Shown here one piece after another: positions 35,685 through 46,816 of a stretch of 64,000 bases of DNA. The stretch is taken from contig NC_068987.1 in assembly GCF_001194135.2 (NCBI RefSeq), positions 60,074,386-60,138,385 of the forward strand, in the 5' to 3' direction. The notes beneath the pieces are model-generated. The model saw nothing but the letters and a program-made list of their open reading frames with translations, had not been told where the DNA came from and did not search any database. Within the stretch, counting starts at the first letter, position 1. Every line of letters starts with the position of its first letter. Position numbers and translations under genes: made by a program. The stretch comes from Octopus bimaculoides. Its lineage: Eukaryota.

Positions 35685-35785
35685 AGGGATGAAAAGCAAA
35701 GTCCCTCGATCTCAGCAGAAATTGAACTCGGAACGTAAAGACGGACGAAAATCCGCTGAGCATTTATTTTGTCTAGCTCGCTACC
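35685..35785 (-). mobile_element. SINE family A fragment
   Basis: ggatgaaaagcaaagtc..gaaattgaactcggaacgtaaagacggacgaaa..ctagctcgctacc. Confidence 0.7.
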
Positions 35786-35800
35786 TTTGTGTTCAATTTA

Positions 35801-36193
35801 TGTTGTTGTTGTTGGCACTCTGTCGCTTACGACGTCGAGGGTTTCAGTTGATTCAATCAACAAAACAGCCTGCTCGTGAAATTAACGTGCAAGTGGCTGA
35901 GCACTCCACAGACACGTGTACCCTTAACGTAGTTCTCGGGGATATTCAGCGTGACACAGTGTGACAAAGCTGACCCTTTGAATTACAGGCACAACAGAAA
36001 CAGAAAGTAAGAGTGAGAGAAAATTGTGGTGAAAGAGTACAACAGGGTTTACCACCATCACCCTGTCGGAGCCACGTGAAGCTTTGGGCGTTTTCGCTCA
36101 ATAAACACTCACAACGCCCGGTCTGGGAATCGAAACCGCGATCCTATGACCGCGAGTCCGCTGTCCTAACCACTGGGCCATTGTGCCTCTTCG
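35801..36193 (-). mobile_element. Full SINE, head D + tail Y, (AAC)n end, perfect 12-bp TSD
   Basis: TSD gtgttcaattta at 35789-35800 and 36194-36205; minus-strand head agaggcacaatggcccagtggttaggacagcggactc. Confidence 0.9.
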
Positions 36194-36221
36194 GTGTTCA
36201 ATTTAATACTAGTTCCAAATA

Positions 36222-36453
36222 AAGTGGCGAGCTGGCAGAATCGTTAGCACGCGGAGCATAATGCTTACCACAATTTCGTCCGCCTTTACGTTCTGAATTC
36301 AAATTCCGCCGAGGTCGACTTTGTCTTTCATCGACTCGAAAGGATAAAATGCAAAGTCGACCTCACTGGTATTTGAACTCAGAAAGTAAAGATGGACAAA
36401 ATGTTGGTAAGCATTTTGGCTAGCGTGCTAAAGATTCTGCCAGCTCGGTACCT
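36222..36453. mobile_element. Two SINE A 5' halves fused tail-to-tail into a ~230-bp imperfect palindrome
   Basis: gtggcgagctggcagaatcgttagcacg...gaggtcgactttgtctttcatc | gaaaggataaaatgcaaagtcgacctc...cgtgctaaagattctgccagctcg; a third minus fragment at ~36490-36565. Confidence 0.85.
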
Positions 36454-36599
36454 TATACGATGTTGATTTCCAAAATTTGTCGAACCCAGTGTGATTTGAG
36501 CTCAGAACGTAAAGCCGCTAAACCATTTGTCTGGCGTACTCACAACTCTGTCAACTTGATACCTTATACAATGTTATAATATTGGAAATATAGTGCCTA

Positions 36600-36757
36600 A
36601 TATACAATGTAATTATTACATCTGCATTATATATGTAATAATTAAATTATATATTAAGCACGTCAATGTATTTTGTAATGCATGTTATCCCTTGGTCTGT
36701 GGAGAAATTGTTTCACATGAAACCGGTCTGCGGTGCAAAAAAGTTTGGGGACTGCTG
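36600..36757 (+). mobile_element. Right end of a hAT-Charlie-like non-autonomous element
   Basis: gtggagaaattgtttcacatgaaaccggtctgcggtgcaaaaaagtttggggactgctg resembles the Charlie/MER1-type terminus; left TIR not found. Confidence 0.55.
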
Positions 36758-37739
36758 GTCTCGACCATCGGTAAGCTGCTTCTTTTGGAGGCATGTCAAT
36801 ACTCCTTCCAGCCTTCGGGAAGCAGAAGTATGCTATTTCCATTTCACTCGCTCTTGAGTTACTACTGAACTCGATCCCTGTCTACAACGCCGTTTTGGCG
36901 TATAACACTACAATTTGTTTTCTTTTTTGTACCTCTGTTAATGTCGTTTTTTTTTTGTGTGTGCAGGTTATGATGGTGATGTTAATTATAATAGTGCCAC
37001 TCGACAGCTCATTGTTGTATAACACCAGAATACGACTGCTCTTGTCAGAAACAATACATTTTAATCTGCTAAGCTTCGCTGAAAATATTTTCGAATGATG
37101 CCGTTTTTTTGGCTTTGTCAAGCAAAGCTGTTAACTGCTGTCACGGCTTTCGTGACTGCTTCTAACTGCTCCCCCCCTCTTCAAGCAGCAAACATGTTGA
37201 CATTTTTACTGAAAATATGTTACATTTAATAAAAACAAAACTTTAACCATTAATTGTTAATATTATTTCAGACAATAATGGAGTATGAAAAAACAAGCAT
37301 ATTTATATGTCTCCTCTAATTAAAGGAAACATGATTTTGCCCGAAAATGTATTAAACAATATTAACAGTTAACATTTTAAATTTTGGAATTGAACTTGTT
37401 TGGCAAGCGACTTGATCTGTGATCGCTTGTTGAGACTAAGGCAATTACGTTGTAGAAGTGTCATTTTTGAAATTTCAGAAAATCTCGGTGTTCTTTTTTT
37501 TTCTTATCTCTTTTTCTTCTCGCTTTATTCTTTTAAAATATTTTTACATCTGTTTTTGCTCAATTTTAGAACATACGGGTCTATTATATAGTTGTGCTTG
37601 ACATTTGATAGGGGTTGCCATTAGTGTCACCTTTAGTTTCAATTTTTTGCTTATTTATAATGTTGTAGTATCATTACTCCAATTGTATTTTGTCTGTAAT
37701 TCTAATTATAACCCTTTCTACTAAAAAAAAGCACAAGAC

Positions 37740-37865
37740 CCTAGAGCTCAGCTGGTATTTATTTTATCGACCTCGAATGGACGAAAGGCAAGATTTGAAC
37801 TCAGAACAGAAAGATGGACGAAATGCTAAGCATTTTGTCCGGCGTGCTATCGATTCTGCTAGTGA
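37740..37865 (-). mobile_element. SINE family A fragment
   Basis: gctcagctggtatttattttatcgacc...gatttgaactcagaac...cggcgtgctatcgattctgc. Confidence 0.8.
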
Positions 37866-37879
37866 ATGATAATATAACA

Positions 37880-38020
37880 ACGATGACGACGGTAGCGGAG
37901 TCGTTTGTAATGGTGCTGGTGATGGCGGTGCTGGTGATGGCAGTGCTGGTGAAAGCACTGGTAGCGGCGCTGGACGCAGCGGCGGTGCTGGTTTTGGTTG
38001 TTGTTGTTGGGGAGGGATGA
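37880..38020. repeat. Degenerate GGT/GCT/GAT trinucleotide tract
   Basis: ggtgctggtgatggcggtgctggtgatggcagtgctggt... Confidence 0.75.
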
Positions 38021-38524
38021 GTGAGGGGGTGAGTAATAATAGGTTTTGCGTTTTATGAGGGATAGTTGTAACGTAAGTAACGTAAGTAAAATGTCACTGC
38101 CGTTTGAAGTAAATCAAAATCTGGTCGTAAACTTGATTTGCACGGTTTCTTTAGTGTTTACTACTATGGAAACCTTGTAATATAGCCGTTATACTCGGCT
38201 ATTGATGCCAGCTTCTAAGGGTGGGAAAAAAAGCTCTATTCTAGAGTCTTCCTGCTTCATTTTCCTAGTAATGTCGTTTCGCTTGACATAATAAATATTG
38301 TTTACGCAAGAGTGAATAAGTCCTAGACCCCTCTGTTAGATATATTTAAAATATTACTACAAAGTGTATCTTACATTTATCTTTATTTTCACCCTAAAAT
38401 TTATAATACATTTTACGAGCAATCAAAGTGTATCTCATATGTTAAACTCTCAGTATCAGATTGCATGCTTTATCTAAACGATTCTGTATATATTCAGCTA
38501 TAGAATGATCATTTTTAAATCATA

Positions 38525-38942
38525 TTGGTTTCAAATTTTGTCACAAGGCCACCAACTACTTATTTTATTGCCCCCGTAAGGCAAAGTCGACCTCAGCGGA
38601 ATTTGAACTCAGAACGTAAGGACGAAACGAAATGCTACTAAGATTTTGCACGGCGTGCTAATGATTCTACCAGCTCGCCGCCTTAATCATATATTATATA
38701 ACCACTACTAGTAATTTATATAAATGTAAATGCAGAACAATCCTTTCTACTAATGGCACAAGGCCTGAAGTTTGTGGGGAGGGGACTAGTCGATTACATC
38801 GGCCCCAGTGTTTCACTGGTACTTATTTTATCGAGCTCGATAAAATTCCTCAGCGGAATTTGAACTCAGAACGTAAGGACAGAACGAAATGCCGCCAAGC
38901 GTTACGCACGGCGTGCTAACAGTTCTACCAGCTCGCCGCCTT
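38525..38942 (-). mobile_element. Two SINE A copies in the same orientation (38525-38685, 38740-38942)
   Basis: Both carry gcggaatttgaactcagaacgtaaggac...cggcgtgctaa..ttctaccagctcgccgcctt; short TSD-like flanks aatcatat and aaatg.agaa.aat. Confidence 0.9.
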
Positions 38943-39779
38943 TTGCAAATGTAGAATAATATTGTTATCTTATGTTTTTTAATGTTAGTTTAAATTGTTG
39001 CATACAGAAACAGCTGCGTCGGAATTAATAGTAACCTTTTAACAGATCTAATTCTTTCATGCTTTCTTTGTTGTTATTTCATCAATATTTCCGTTATTGA
39101 GGACTCTATTTGTTGTCATAATGAATACAAATCCTTCAGTGATTTGAAATGTGGATTAAAAACGAGAGATTTTCATTCAAAGTTCAAATTATTCCGGCAA
39201 TAGAAGAGACAAACAATATGCGACCGGCACAGCTTGTGAGAAAAGCCTCGGGTGAAAATTTTCGTTGTGAGAGAAAAATACAAAATAGTAGCGAAGTAAC
39301 AGCTGCTGACTACTTTTCAAATTTTACTTGTTTCTTTTAACATTTAAATATAAACATCTCAATCAGAATTTATTTTCTTAAAATTCCCCCAACAACCAAA
39401 TGGAGTGGGTAAAAGTCTCTATACATTTGTATGTTAGTATCCTCGTGCCGTCAACAGTAGCGTAAAGTTATTTTAATTAAGTGCATTGAAAATGATAATA
39501 GTATACAAATATTTGCAATTTGTTAATGCTCAATGCAAACATAAAATTAACGTATGTTCAAAATTAACGGAAGTTTATTATAACTGGATGTTTACTTCAC
39601 TTTTATGATGAATAATTTTTTTCGTATCTTGCTAGCAGTCGAGTCGGTGTTTGTCCGTTCGTATTCATGAAGCCCGTTAGGAAAATCAACTTGCTAGCAG
39701 TTTTTAGCATGATATTAAAATATAGATCGAAAATAAAATATCTATGCCGAATTAATGAGAAATCTACACATTCACCATC

Positions 39780-39920
39780 CAGATATTAGCTTTAAATTTG
39801 TAGTAATAATTATTGGAGCATTCAGATACGTAATTAGCTGCCTCGGAACGAATCTTGAGAATCGGGGCTTCACAAAACTTGAAAGAACACGGCTAATTAG
39901 GAAAATAATAATTTGAAAAT
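39780..39920 (+). mobile_element. R4/Dong LINE C-terminal fragment
   Basis: IIIGAFRYVISCLGTNLENRGFTKLERTRLIRK, similar to 34010-34110. Confidence 0.55.
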
Positions 39921-40232
39921 ATTCAAACATTCAATAAATTTAGCATGCTTGATCTGTTTGATATAGATATATAGAGATTTGCGTTCTAATGTATATGCAC
40001 GCGTAAGTGAAAACAACCTGATAAACGCAAGCAATGATATCAATCTTTACACACAAAGACTTGTGGGCTGATAATATGTACATTAATACATATACATATT
40101 GAATGTATGCATATATTCAATCTTACTTAAACACATATATGCATTCCTACATGCACACAAGCATACATACACACAAATGCATACAATAAGGCTTACACAG
40201 GTGCATAGACACAGACAAGTGATATATATATG

Positions 40233-40268
<36 letters not shown>

Positions 40269-40278
40269 NNNNNNNNNN

Positions 40279-40322
<44 letters not shown>

Positions 40323-40958
40323 TCTTCTATGGCTATACTAACACGTGAACATACATAGAAAACGAGTCCATATGGTCAAGGTTACATAATGCAAAAATCA
40401 ATCAATTAATCAATTACTTGATCAGTAGGTATTTAAAATATTAATGTCCTTTTTGAAAATGTGGCAGTAGTTTGCAAACAGCATATGACCAATCTAGACA
40501 TTTCGGTTCTGTTACACCAGTTAAAAAAATATAATTCTATAACTCCGTAGAAATTACTAACAAATAAATAGTTTTTCTCTCTATGGGAAGAAAATAGGAT
40601 TTTATATCCCCGTAGTTTCCAAGCGCGTTAGAAGTAAAACATAAAACATAATATAATGCCTTTCAATCGGAAATCAGTGATGCTTAGCTTACTCGACAAG
40701 TTGGGGAAATTGTCTTTTCTTCTACAGAGCTTACTACACACTAATACATAAGGCTAAGTAAGATATCCATCTTTTCCTTTAAATGTAACAGTTTTCGCGT
40801 CGGTCTTCTAAATAGTGTCTATTTGATATGATGTGAATAGGTCCTTAAATGTGGCAAATCTGCTTAAGCAGACAAGATAGAGGCAAAATGTATTATTTCT
40901 TCACCTCTTGAACAGATTCATTATTTAAGGATCATAGACCAGAAATAAAGTAAATTGC

Positions 40959-41006
<48 letters not shown>

Positions 41007-41008
<2 letters not shown>

Positions 41009-41215
41009 TCTTTTACTCTTTACTCATTTACTTGTTTCAGTCATTTGACTGCAGCCATGCTGGAGCACCGCCTTTAGTCGAGCAAATCGACCCCAGGACT
41101 TATTCTTTGTAAGGTTAGTACTTATTCTATCGGTCGAACCGCTAAGTCTCGGGGTCGTAAACACACCAGCATCGATTGTCAAGCGATGTTGGGGGGACAA
41201 ACACAGACACACAAA
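41007..41215 (-). mobile_element. SINE tail module C
   Basis: ctcttttactctttactc..cttgtttcagtcatttgactgcagccatgctggagcaccgcc...ggggggacaaacacagac. Confidence 0.9.
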
Positions 41216-41899
41216 TATATATATACATATAAATATATATATATACATATATGACATGAGCTGTTCGCATGAATTTAGATAATTCATTCTGTTGATGTAA
41301 TACTGACTGACATACATAAAAATATTTTTAAACAAAATTAAATTTGCCCTTTCGAGTTGGAAAGATACGACAAAAGCCCAGTGATAAATATTGGAGGCTG
41401 TGAAAGAACAAGGGAAATAATTTCAAGATATCATGAGTGAATATCACAGCAAATTGAATTTTCAAGCTTGACAGATGAAAACTGTCATTGTATCTAGTTT
41501 TGTTTCTTCTATTCTTTTATTGTATTATAATATACAGCAGTGTGTACAGTAATGCAAAGTTGCATAACACTACCATACTATGGAGAATTCTACAAAAAAC
41601 AAAATAAATAAAATCTAGTAGAAAGCTATAGAATCTTTATTAGTAGCAAAATACGATAATGAACAATTTAAAATCTGTTAACGACGTTTTCATCAATCAC
41701 AATATATTTCTGTAACTTGACTCCTCACCACTACACACCAACAGCAATCATTAACCTTCAATGAAAGTCGCCTCATTAAGATGACAAGACTTTTGTGAGA
41801 CTCTTGAAGCGTTAATGGGTTTAGGAAGGTTGTTCTAAAAATGGACTAAAATGGACTAAAAACTAAAAATGGACTTTGAAATGTTGATGCTCCAAATTA

Positions 41900-42650
41900 A
41901 ACATAATAATATTAATAAAAGAAATATGAAAAATCATTAACAAAAGAATGTTAAACGCTAACGTAATCGTTGTTTTCAATATATGTTTGACAGAAAAGCT
42001 GTATTGAAATGATACCAAAACAAACATGTATGACGAAGCGGCTAAAACCGAACAAGGCGCATACGAATACCGGAAATGACTAATCGAATATCAAATACAC
42101 ATTACAACTAAGGACGTAAGAAAATCACCAATAAATTCTCAACTAAAAAATAAACACAAAAGCTTAACCGTCTTTATGATGACAAAATATTATTGTCTAC
42201 ACAAGAAGATAAATGATTTAACTTCATAGTAGACACTCAGCTCTGATCAATTTCGGCACTTATTTCCACCTTAATGGAAAGAATGATCAAAGCAGAAAAT
42301 CGAATTTGAATTACTTTACCAGTCTCTCGAGCAACTTAGTGATAAAAGTATGAGACATGACGCCGAACTGCAATATTTATTCAAGTGTGAAGGTAATTAC
42401 ATACAGAGATATAAACAAAAGAACCAAAATGTACTTTACGTGAAACTTAAACTCGCTCTGCTAGATCTGGATAACGATGATAATATCATATATGCAAAAA
42501 CGATAAGAGCAATCAGTTTGTTATTGTGAAGAAAGGCGAAAGCAATACCATAACCGACAATATCCATTGTTACCGTATATTGGTCAAAATTAGAAAGGAC
42601 CGCTCTGTTCAATCAAAAGTGAATTACAAAGAGATAATTACTGTTACAAA
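41900..42650 (+). mobile_element. Highly degraded Penelope-like ORF fragment
   Basis: aac gat aag agc aat cag ttt gtt att gtg aag aaa = NDKSNQFVIVKK (~42500-42535), resembling the PLE ADK.N..VI..K motif; Lys/Asn-rich coding-like context. Confidence 0.35.
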
Positions 42651-42976
42651 GAAACAGATGTGAGTTACCCTTTTCAAATATATAGATATATAGAATAAAG
42701 GCTTAGTTCAGAATACATTGTGTTGCAGTAAAGACTCACAAACACACTAACAGCTCAAAGAAGCGGTGAACAGCATGATTGCTTGCTACTAATACGTGAT
42801 AACAACAATATCTCATTTCTATCATTTCTTTCAAGGGACAAGATCGTGAAGGCCTTAAACTGAACATACAAAGGTTGATCTTCTACACTTAACATAAAGG
42901 AATGTTTAAAATCTTTAATATTATGTAAATAGAGGAATTTATCTGTAAAAATATGTGACAATTATTCGGTAGCCAT

Positions 42977-43037
42977 GATAAAACTCCGAGTTTCGGATGC
43001 CGGGGTGGAAACCCACGCCGCCATCTCTTCAGTTATC
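42977..43037 (-). ncRNA. Type I minimal hammerhead ribozyme motif with intact core (family 1, copy A)
   Basis: GATAA-CTGAAGA-GATGGCGG-cgtgggtttccacc-CCGGCATC-C-GAAA-CTC-G-GAG-T-T-TTATC: stem I GATAA/TTATC, CUGANGA and GAAA core, stem II 7 of 8 pairs, stem III ACTC-G-GAGT, GUU triplet. Confidence 0.75.
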
Positions 43038-43039
43038 TG

Positions 43040-43160
43040 AGCTTAAAAGGTCTGTATTTTTCTCCAAAAGCTTCTTAGAGAATAGTTCCCTTAATGGTAT
43101 AGGTATGTTTTTCATAGAATAATCGAGGTAGTAGGCGTCCATATTGAATTCTTCTGAGGG
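43040..43160 (-). mobile_element. Penelope-like ORF N-terminal fragment
   Basis: EEFNMDAYYLDYSMKNIPIPLRELFSKKLLEK resembles the YS.KNIPIP...Y.K.L.EK N-terminus of PLE ORFs; lies between two hammerhead-bearing repeats. Confidence 0.55.
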
Positions 43161-43213
<53 letters not shown>

Positions 43214-43218
43214 TATAT

Positions 43219-43380
43219 AGGTGCAGGTGTGGTTATGTGGTAAGAAATTTGCTTCCCAACCACATAGTTCCGGACTCAGTTCCACTGCGTGGCACCTTGG
43301 ATGTCTTCTATTGTAGCCTCGGGCCAACTAACGAGTCTCGTAAGTAGATTTGGTAGACGGAAACTGAAAGAAGCCCGTCG
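43219..43380 (+). mobile_element. SINE head module B
   Basis: ggtgtggttatgtggtaagaaatttgcttcccaaccacatagttccggactcagttccactgcgtggcaccttgg...gaaagaagcccgtcg. Confidence 0.9.
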
Positions 43381-43541
43381 AATATGTGTGTATATATATA
43401 TGTGTGTGTGTGTGTGTGCGTGTGCGTGCGTGAGCGTGTGTGCGTGCGTGCGACGGCCTTTTTTACTTTTACTTGTTTCAGTCATCAGCCGTTACCATTC
43501 TGCTTGCGTACGAAGAAGAATGACACTTATTCGGTAGCCAT

Positions 43542-43602
43542 GATAAAACTCCGAGTTTCGGATGCCGGGGTGGGAGCCCACGCCAACATCCCTTCAGTTA
43601 TC
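43542..43602 (-). ncRNA. Hammerhead motif family 1, copy B (core CTGAAGG)
   Basis: Same fold as copy A; stem II GATGTTGG/CCGGCATC with two G-U pairs; A9>G here, whereas the post-gap duplicate at 43625-43654 has CTGAAGA. Confidence 0.65.
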
Positions 43603-43889
43603 CAGCCATTGAAANNNNNNNNNNGGAGCCCACGCCAACATCTCTTCAGTTATCCAGCCATTGAAAGTTCCTGTGAAAAATGACCGTTAAACAAAGAGAA
43701 ATTACTGTGTGGTTGACCGTTAATAAGACAAAAGAGCTACAGACCGCTAAGTAACGGGAGGGGGTAAAGGTAAGGGAGTAGAAAAGTCTATACTTAGTGG
43801 TCTATGGCTCTTTTGTCTTAATAACGGTCAACCACACAGTAATTTCCCTTTGTTTAACGGTCATTTTTCACAGGAATTTTCAATGGCCA

Positions 43890-43950
43890 GGTAACTGAAT
43901 AGATGTTGGTGTGGGTTCCCACCCCGGCATCCGAAACTCGGAGTTTTATC
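43890..43950 (+). ncRNA. Hammerhead motif family 1, copy C (core CTGAATA)
   Basis: GGTAA-CTGAATA-GATGTTGG...CCGGCATC-C-GAAA-CTCGGAG-T-T-TTATC; G8>T. Confidence 0.65.
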
Positions 43951-44061
43951 ATGGCTACCGAATAATTGTCACATATTATATTTACAGATAAATTCCTCTA
44001 TTTACATAATATCGAGGTCTCTTTCTTTCTTTTGTTGTCCTTTCTATCAATACATATATAT

Positions 44062-44478
44062 GGCTGTGTGGTAAGTAGCTTGCTGACCAACCACATGGTT
44101 CTGGGTTCAATCCCACTCGTGGCACCTTGGGCCAATGTCTTCTACTATAGCCTCGGGCCGACCAAAGCTTTGTGAGTGGATTTAGTAGACGGAAACTGAA
44201 AGAAGCCCGTCGAATATATGTATATATATATGTATGTATGTATGTGTGTGTGTGTGTGTATATGTTAGTGTGTCTGTGTTTGTCCCCCCAACATCGCTTG
44301 ACAACCGATGGTGGTGTGTTTACGTCCCCGTAACATAGCGGTTCGGCAAAAGAGACCGATAGAATAAGTACTAGGCTTCCAAAGAATAAGTCCTAGGGTC
44401 GACTTGATCGACTAGAGGCGGTGCTCCAGCACGGCCGCAGTCAAATGACTGAAACAAATAAAAGAGTAAAAGAGAGAA
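44062..44478 (+). mobile_element. Full composite SINE: tRNA-like head B + internal (TATG)/(TG) microsatellite + tail C
   Basis: ggctgtgtggtaagtagc..gggttcaatccc (A/B boxes) 44062-44215; microsatellite to ~44270; tail ending gactgaaacaaataaaagagtaaaagag. Confidence 0.9.
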
Positions 44479-45002
44479 TATATATCCCTTTATAGTGTTC
44501 ATTATTTCTAGAAAAGCATATTATGATGTTAAAATGGTATCTACCTTTTTGTGACTTAGAAAAACATGTATGGATACGTTGCATGCGAGTTATTTGTTAT
44601 TTAGGCTTTTTCACAACAGATATAGTAACGTTCAAGTAAGCAGTCCAGAATATTAATTATGAATATCTTCCTTGAGGTGTAATATAATTACTTAGGAATA
44701 CACGTCTGACTGAATAAATTATGCATAGAAAATAATATTAGCTGGTGTAAATTACAGCGTTACGACTCTTCTAACATTAATTTTCATTCATATATTGGAT
44801 GAGTGACTAGTTCGTTTTTATTCACCAGCTCATTCTGGTATTGTCTAGTTTAGGTGATATCTTTGGCTCTAAATTAGTCTTGAAATTTAATGACACCAAT
44901 AGAAATGAATTTGCAATAAACCAAGTTCTAATGAATTATTTCAATGTTGCATTACCGTGAACAACTTCACCGTTTTTTAAATAAATATCATTAATATAGT
45001 AA

Positions 45003-45245
45003 TCTGGCTGTTTGGTTAACACACGTAGTGGTCTTTGATTCGATCCATTGTGTGGCACCTTAATCAAATGTCTAGCGTGTGGAACTGGAAAACTTAACTA
45101 TTAGATAGAAATCGATCAATAAAATGAGTACTATGAAACGAATCACTGGTGCTAACAGGATAGACTTAAGCCTTTGAAGATGGTGCCTCATCATAGACGC
45201 AGTTCAATGGTTGGAAACAAGAGAAAGAAAAAAGAAAGAATAATA
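45003..45245 (+). mobile_element. Old, degraded SINE related to B/C
   Basis: ctggctgtttggttaa..ttgattcgatcc..gtggcacctt..; ends cgcagttcaatggttggaaacaagagaaagaa. Confidence 0.5.
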
Positions 45246-46505
45246 TATTCAATTCTATACTTCTCGATAAAATTTAGTCTTGTACCAAATCGTAAGCTAT
45301 CACGTTTTCAGCATTTAAGAGTGGTGAAGATAGTATACATTATATTCCTTAATTTGTTATCAGAGATTAGATTTAAATAGCCAAACAGACGGCAATGTTC
45401 GTTTCCTATTTTCGCCTATCCCAACCCCCATTTCAATTTACAATAAACAACTTTAGCAGGGAATAACATGACATTTTCCATTTCCCAAAGTCAACAGGCA
45501 TGGGATGTTGCGCTAATTCAACCAATTCAGTTTGGCCCATCATGGAACGTAATTCAGTCCACTGCCCATCTAAATATGCTTAGTTTTACGCTCTTCCGTA
45601 TACATTGGTGTACGCGTGTGTGTGTGTGCGCGCGTCTAAATACCAAGTTACTGCTGTGTGTAAAAAATGTACTGTGAATTCAATTAGAACTTATACATTA
45701 CTGCTACTTATTTTGAAAAATACAAATCCTAAAGCGAATAACAAACTTTTTCTCGAATATAAATCGAGTAATTGAACCAGCTAGGAGAAGCTGATGATCG
45801 AAGGTTGTAATGGACAGAGATTTGTGTGTCACATAGCTAGCTAGAGGCGATGGAACTAATCAACGGCAGCATTCGTCCTAGTTCTCTGGACTGCCATGTT
45901 AGCTTAGCGATAAATATTAATACCTAGTACTGCTGCCGTAGTCTCCTTTAGAGAGATTTAGAAATAATAATATTTCTATAAATCGAGTAATCCTGGACAT
46001 CAATTATCTGAATATCATGGTGAATTGAAGTTTGTAAACTTTGTATGCATTTACAGCGTAACAGACTGAGCGAAAGATGAATGTTATTGACGTAAACGTC
46101 ATGAAGGAAGCTGTTAATGAAAATTGCCAAATAGCTTGTCTGTAATAGGGCACACTAACAAATCATCCTGCTGTGTAGTAATGTATATAAGTTTATATAT
46201 ACGTTCGTTTTCATTTTTAAGTAATAAAGTAAATTATTCCGTTGATAGTATATATTATAAGTGAAAGAATGTGTCTCGGCGCGCGTGTGTGTGTGTGTAT
46301 ACAATTATGTATGCATTTATGTGTATATCAACATATTTACATATGAGAGAATCTGTGTGCGTGTGTGTGTGTGTGTGTAAAAATCCCGGTTTACTCGTCT
46401 TCATTCATGTAACATTGATTTAATTATATACACCTGCACATATACACACAAATGTATGCATGGACGCATATATCTATGTAGCTATGCATTGTGCATGTAG
46501 GAATA

Positions 46506-46635
46506 CAACTTTGTATGCATCTTTGTATGCAACTTTGTATGCAAATTGTATGCATCTTTGTATGCATCTTTGTATGCAACTTTGTATGCAACTTGTATGC
46601 ATCTTTGTATGCATCTTTGTATGCAACTTTGTGTC
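46506..46635. repeat. 12-bp minisatellite tttgtatgca(a/t)c, ~10-11 units
   Basis: Direct reading; two unit variants alternate. Confidence 0.9.
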
Positions 46636-46744
46636 CATCTATGTCGACGTACATATATGTAAAAGTGCGCATGTGTTATGTGTGTACGTTTGCCAGTCTA
46701 TGAACTTAAGGTCGTTTATATATTCTTTTTCAATATAATCTTCC

Positions 46745-46747
<3 letters not shown>

Positions 46748-46811
<64 letters not shown>
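46748..46811. repeat. (GA)n microsatellite
   Basis: Direct reading. Confidence 0.95.

Positions 46812-46816
<5 letters not shown>

Larger units (their letters stand above)
42918..44047. mobile_element. PLE-like terminal-repeat complex: direct copies on minus (42918-43040, 43528-43753) and an inverted copy on plus (43790-44047)
   Basis: ttattcggtagccatgataaaactccgagtttcggatgccggggtgg at 42962 and 43527, with its reverse complement at 43920-43966; arms 43625-43753 / 43790-43918 pair closely; each copy carries a hammerhead motif. Confidence 0.85.

Noticed and set aside
37880-38060. Gly-rich reading frame (GAGDGGAGDGSAG...)
   Set aside because: A degenerate GGT microsatellite attached to a SINE, with no start or splice support
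43565-43665. Tandem duplication on both sides of the 10-N gap
   Set aside because: Near-identical sequence either side of a placeholder gap is the usual sign of unmerged overlapping contigs or haplotypes (one SNP differs)
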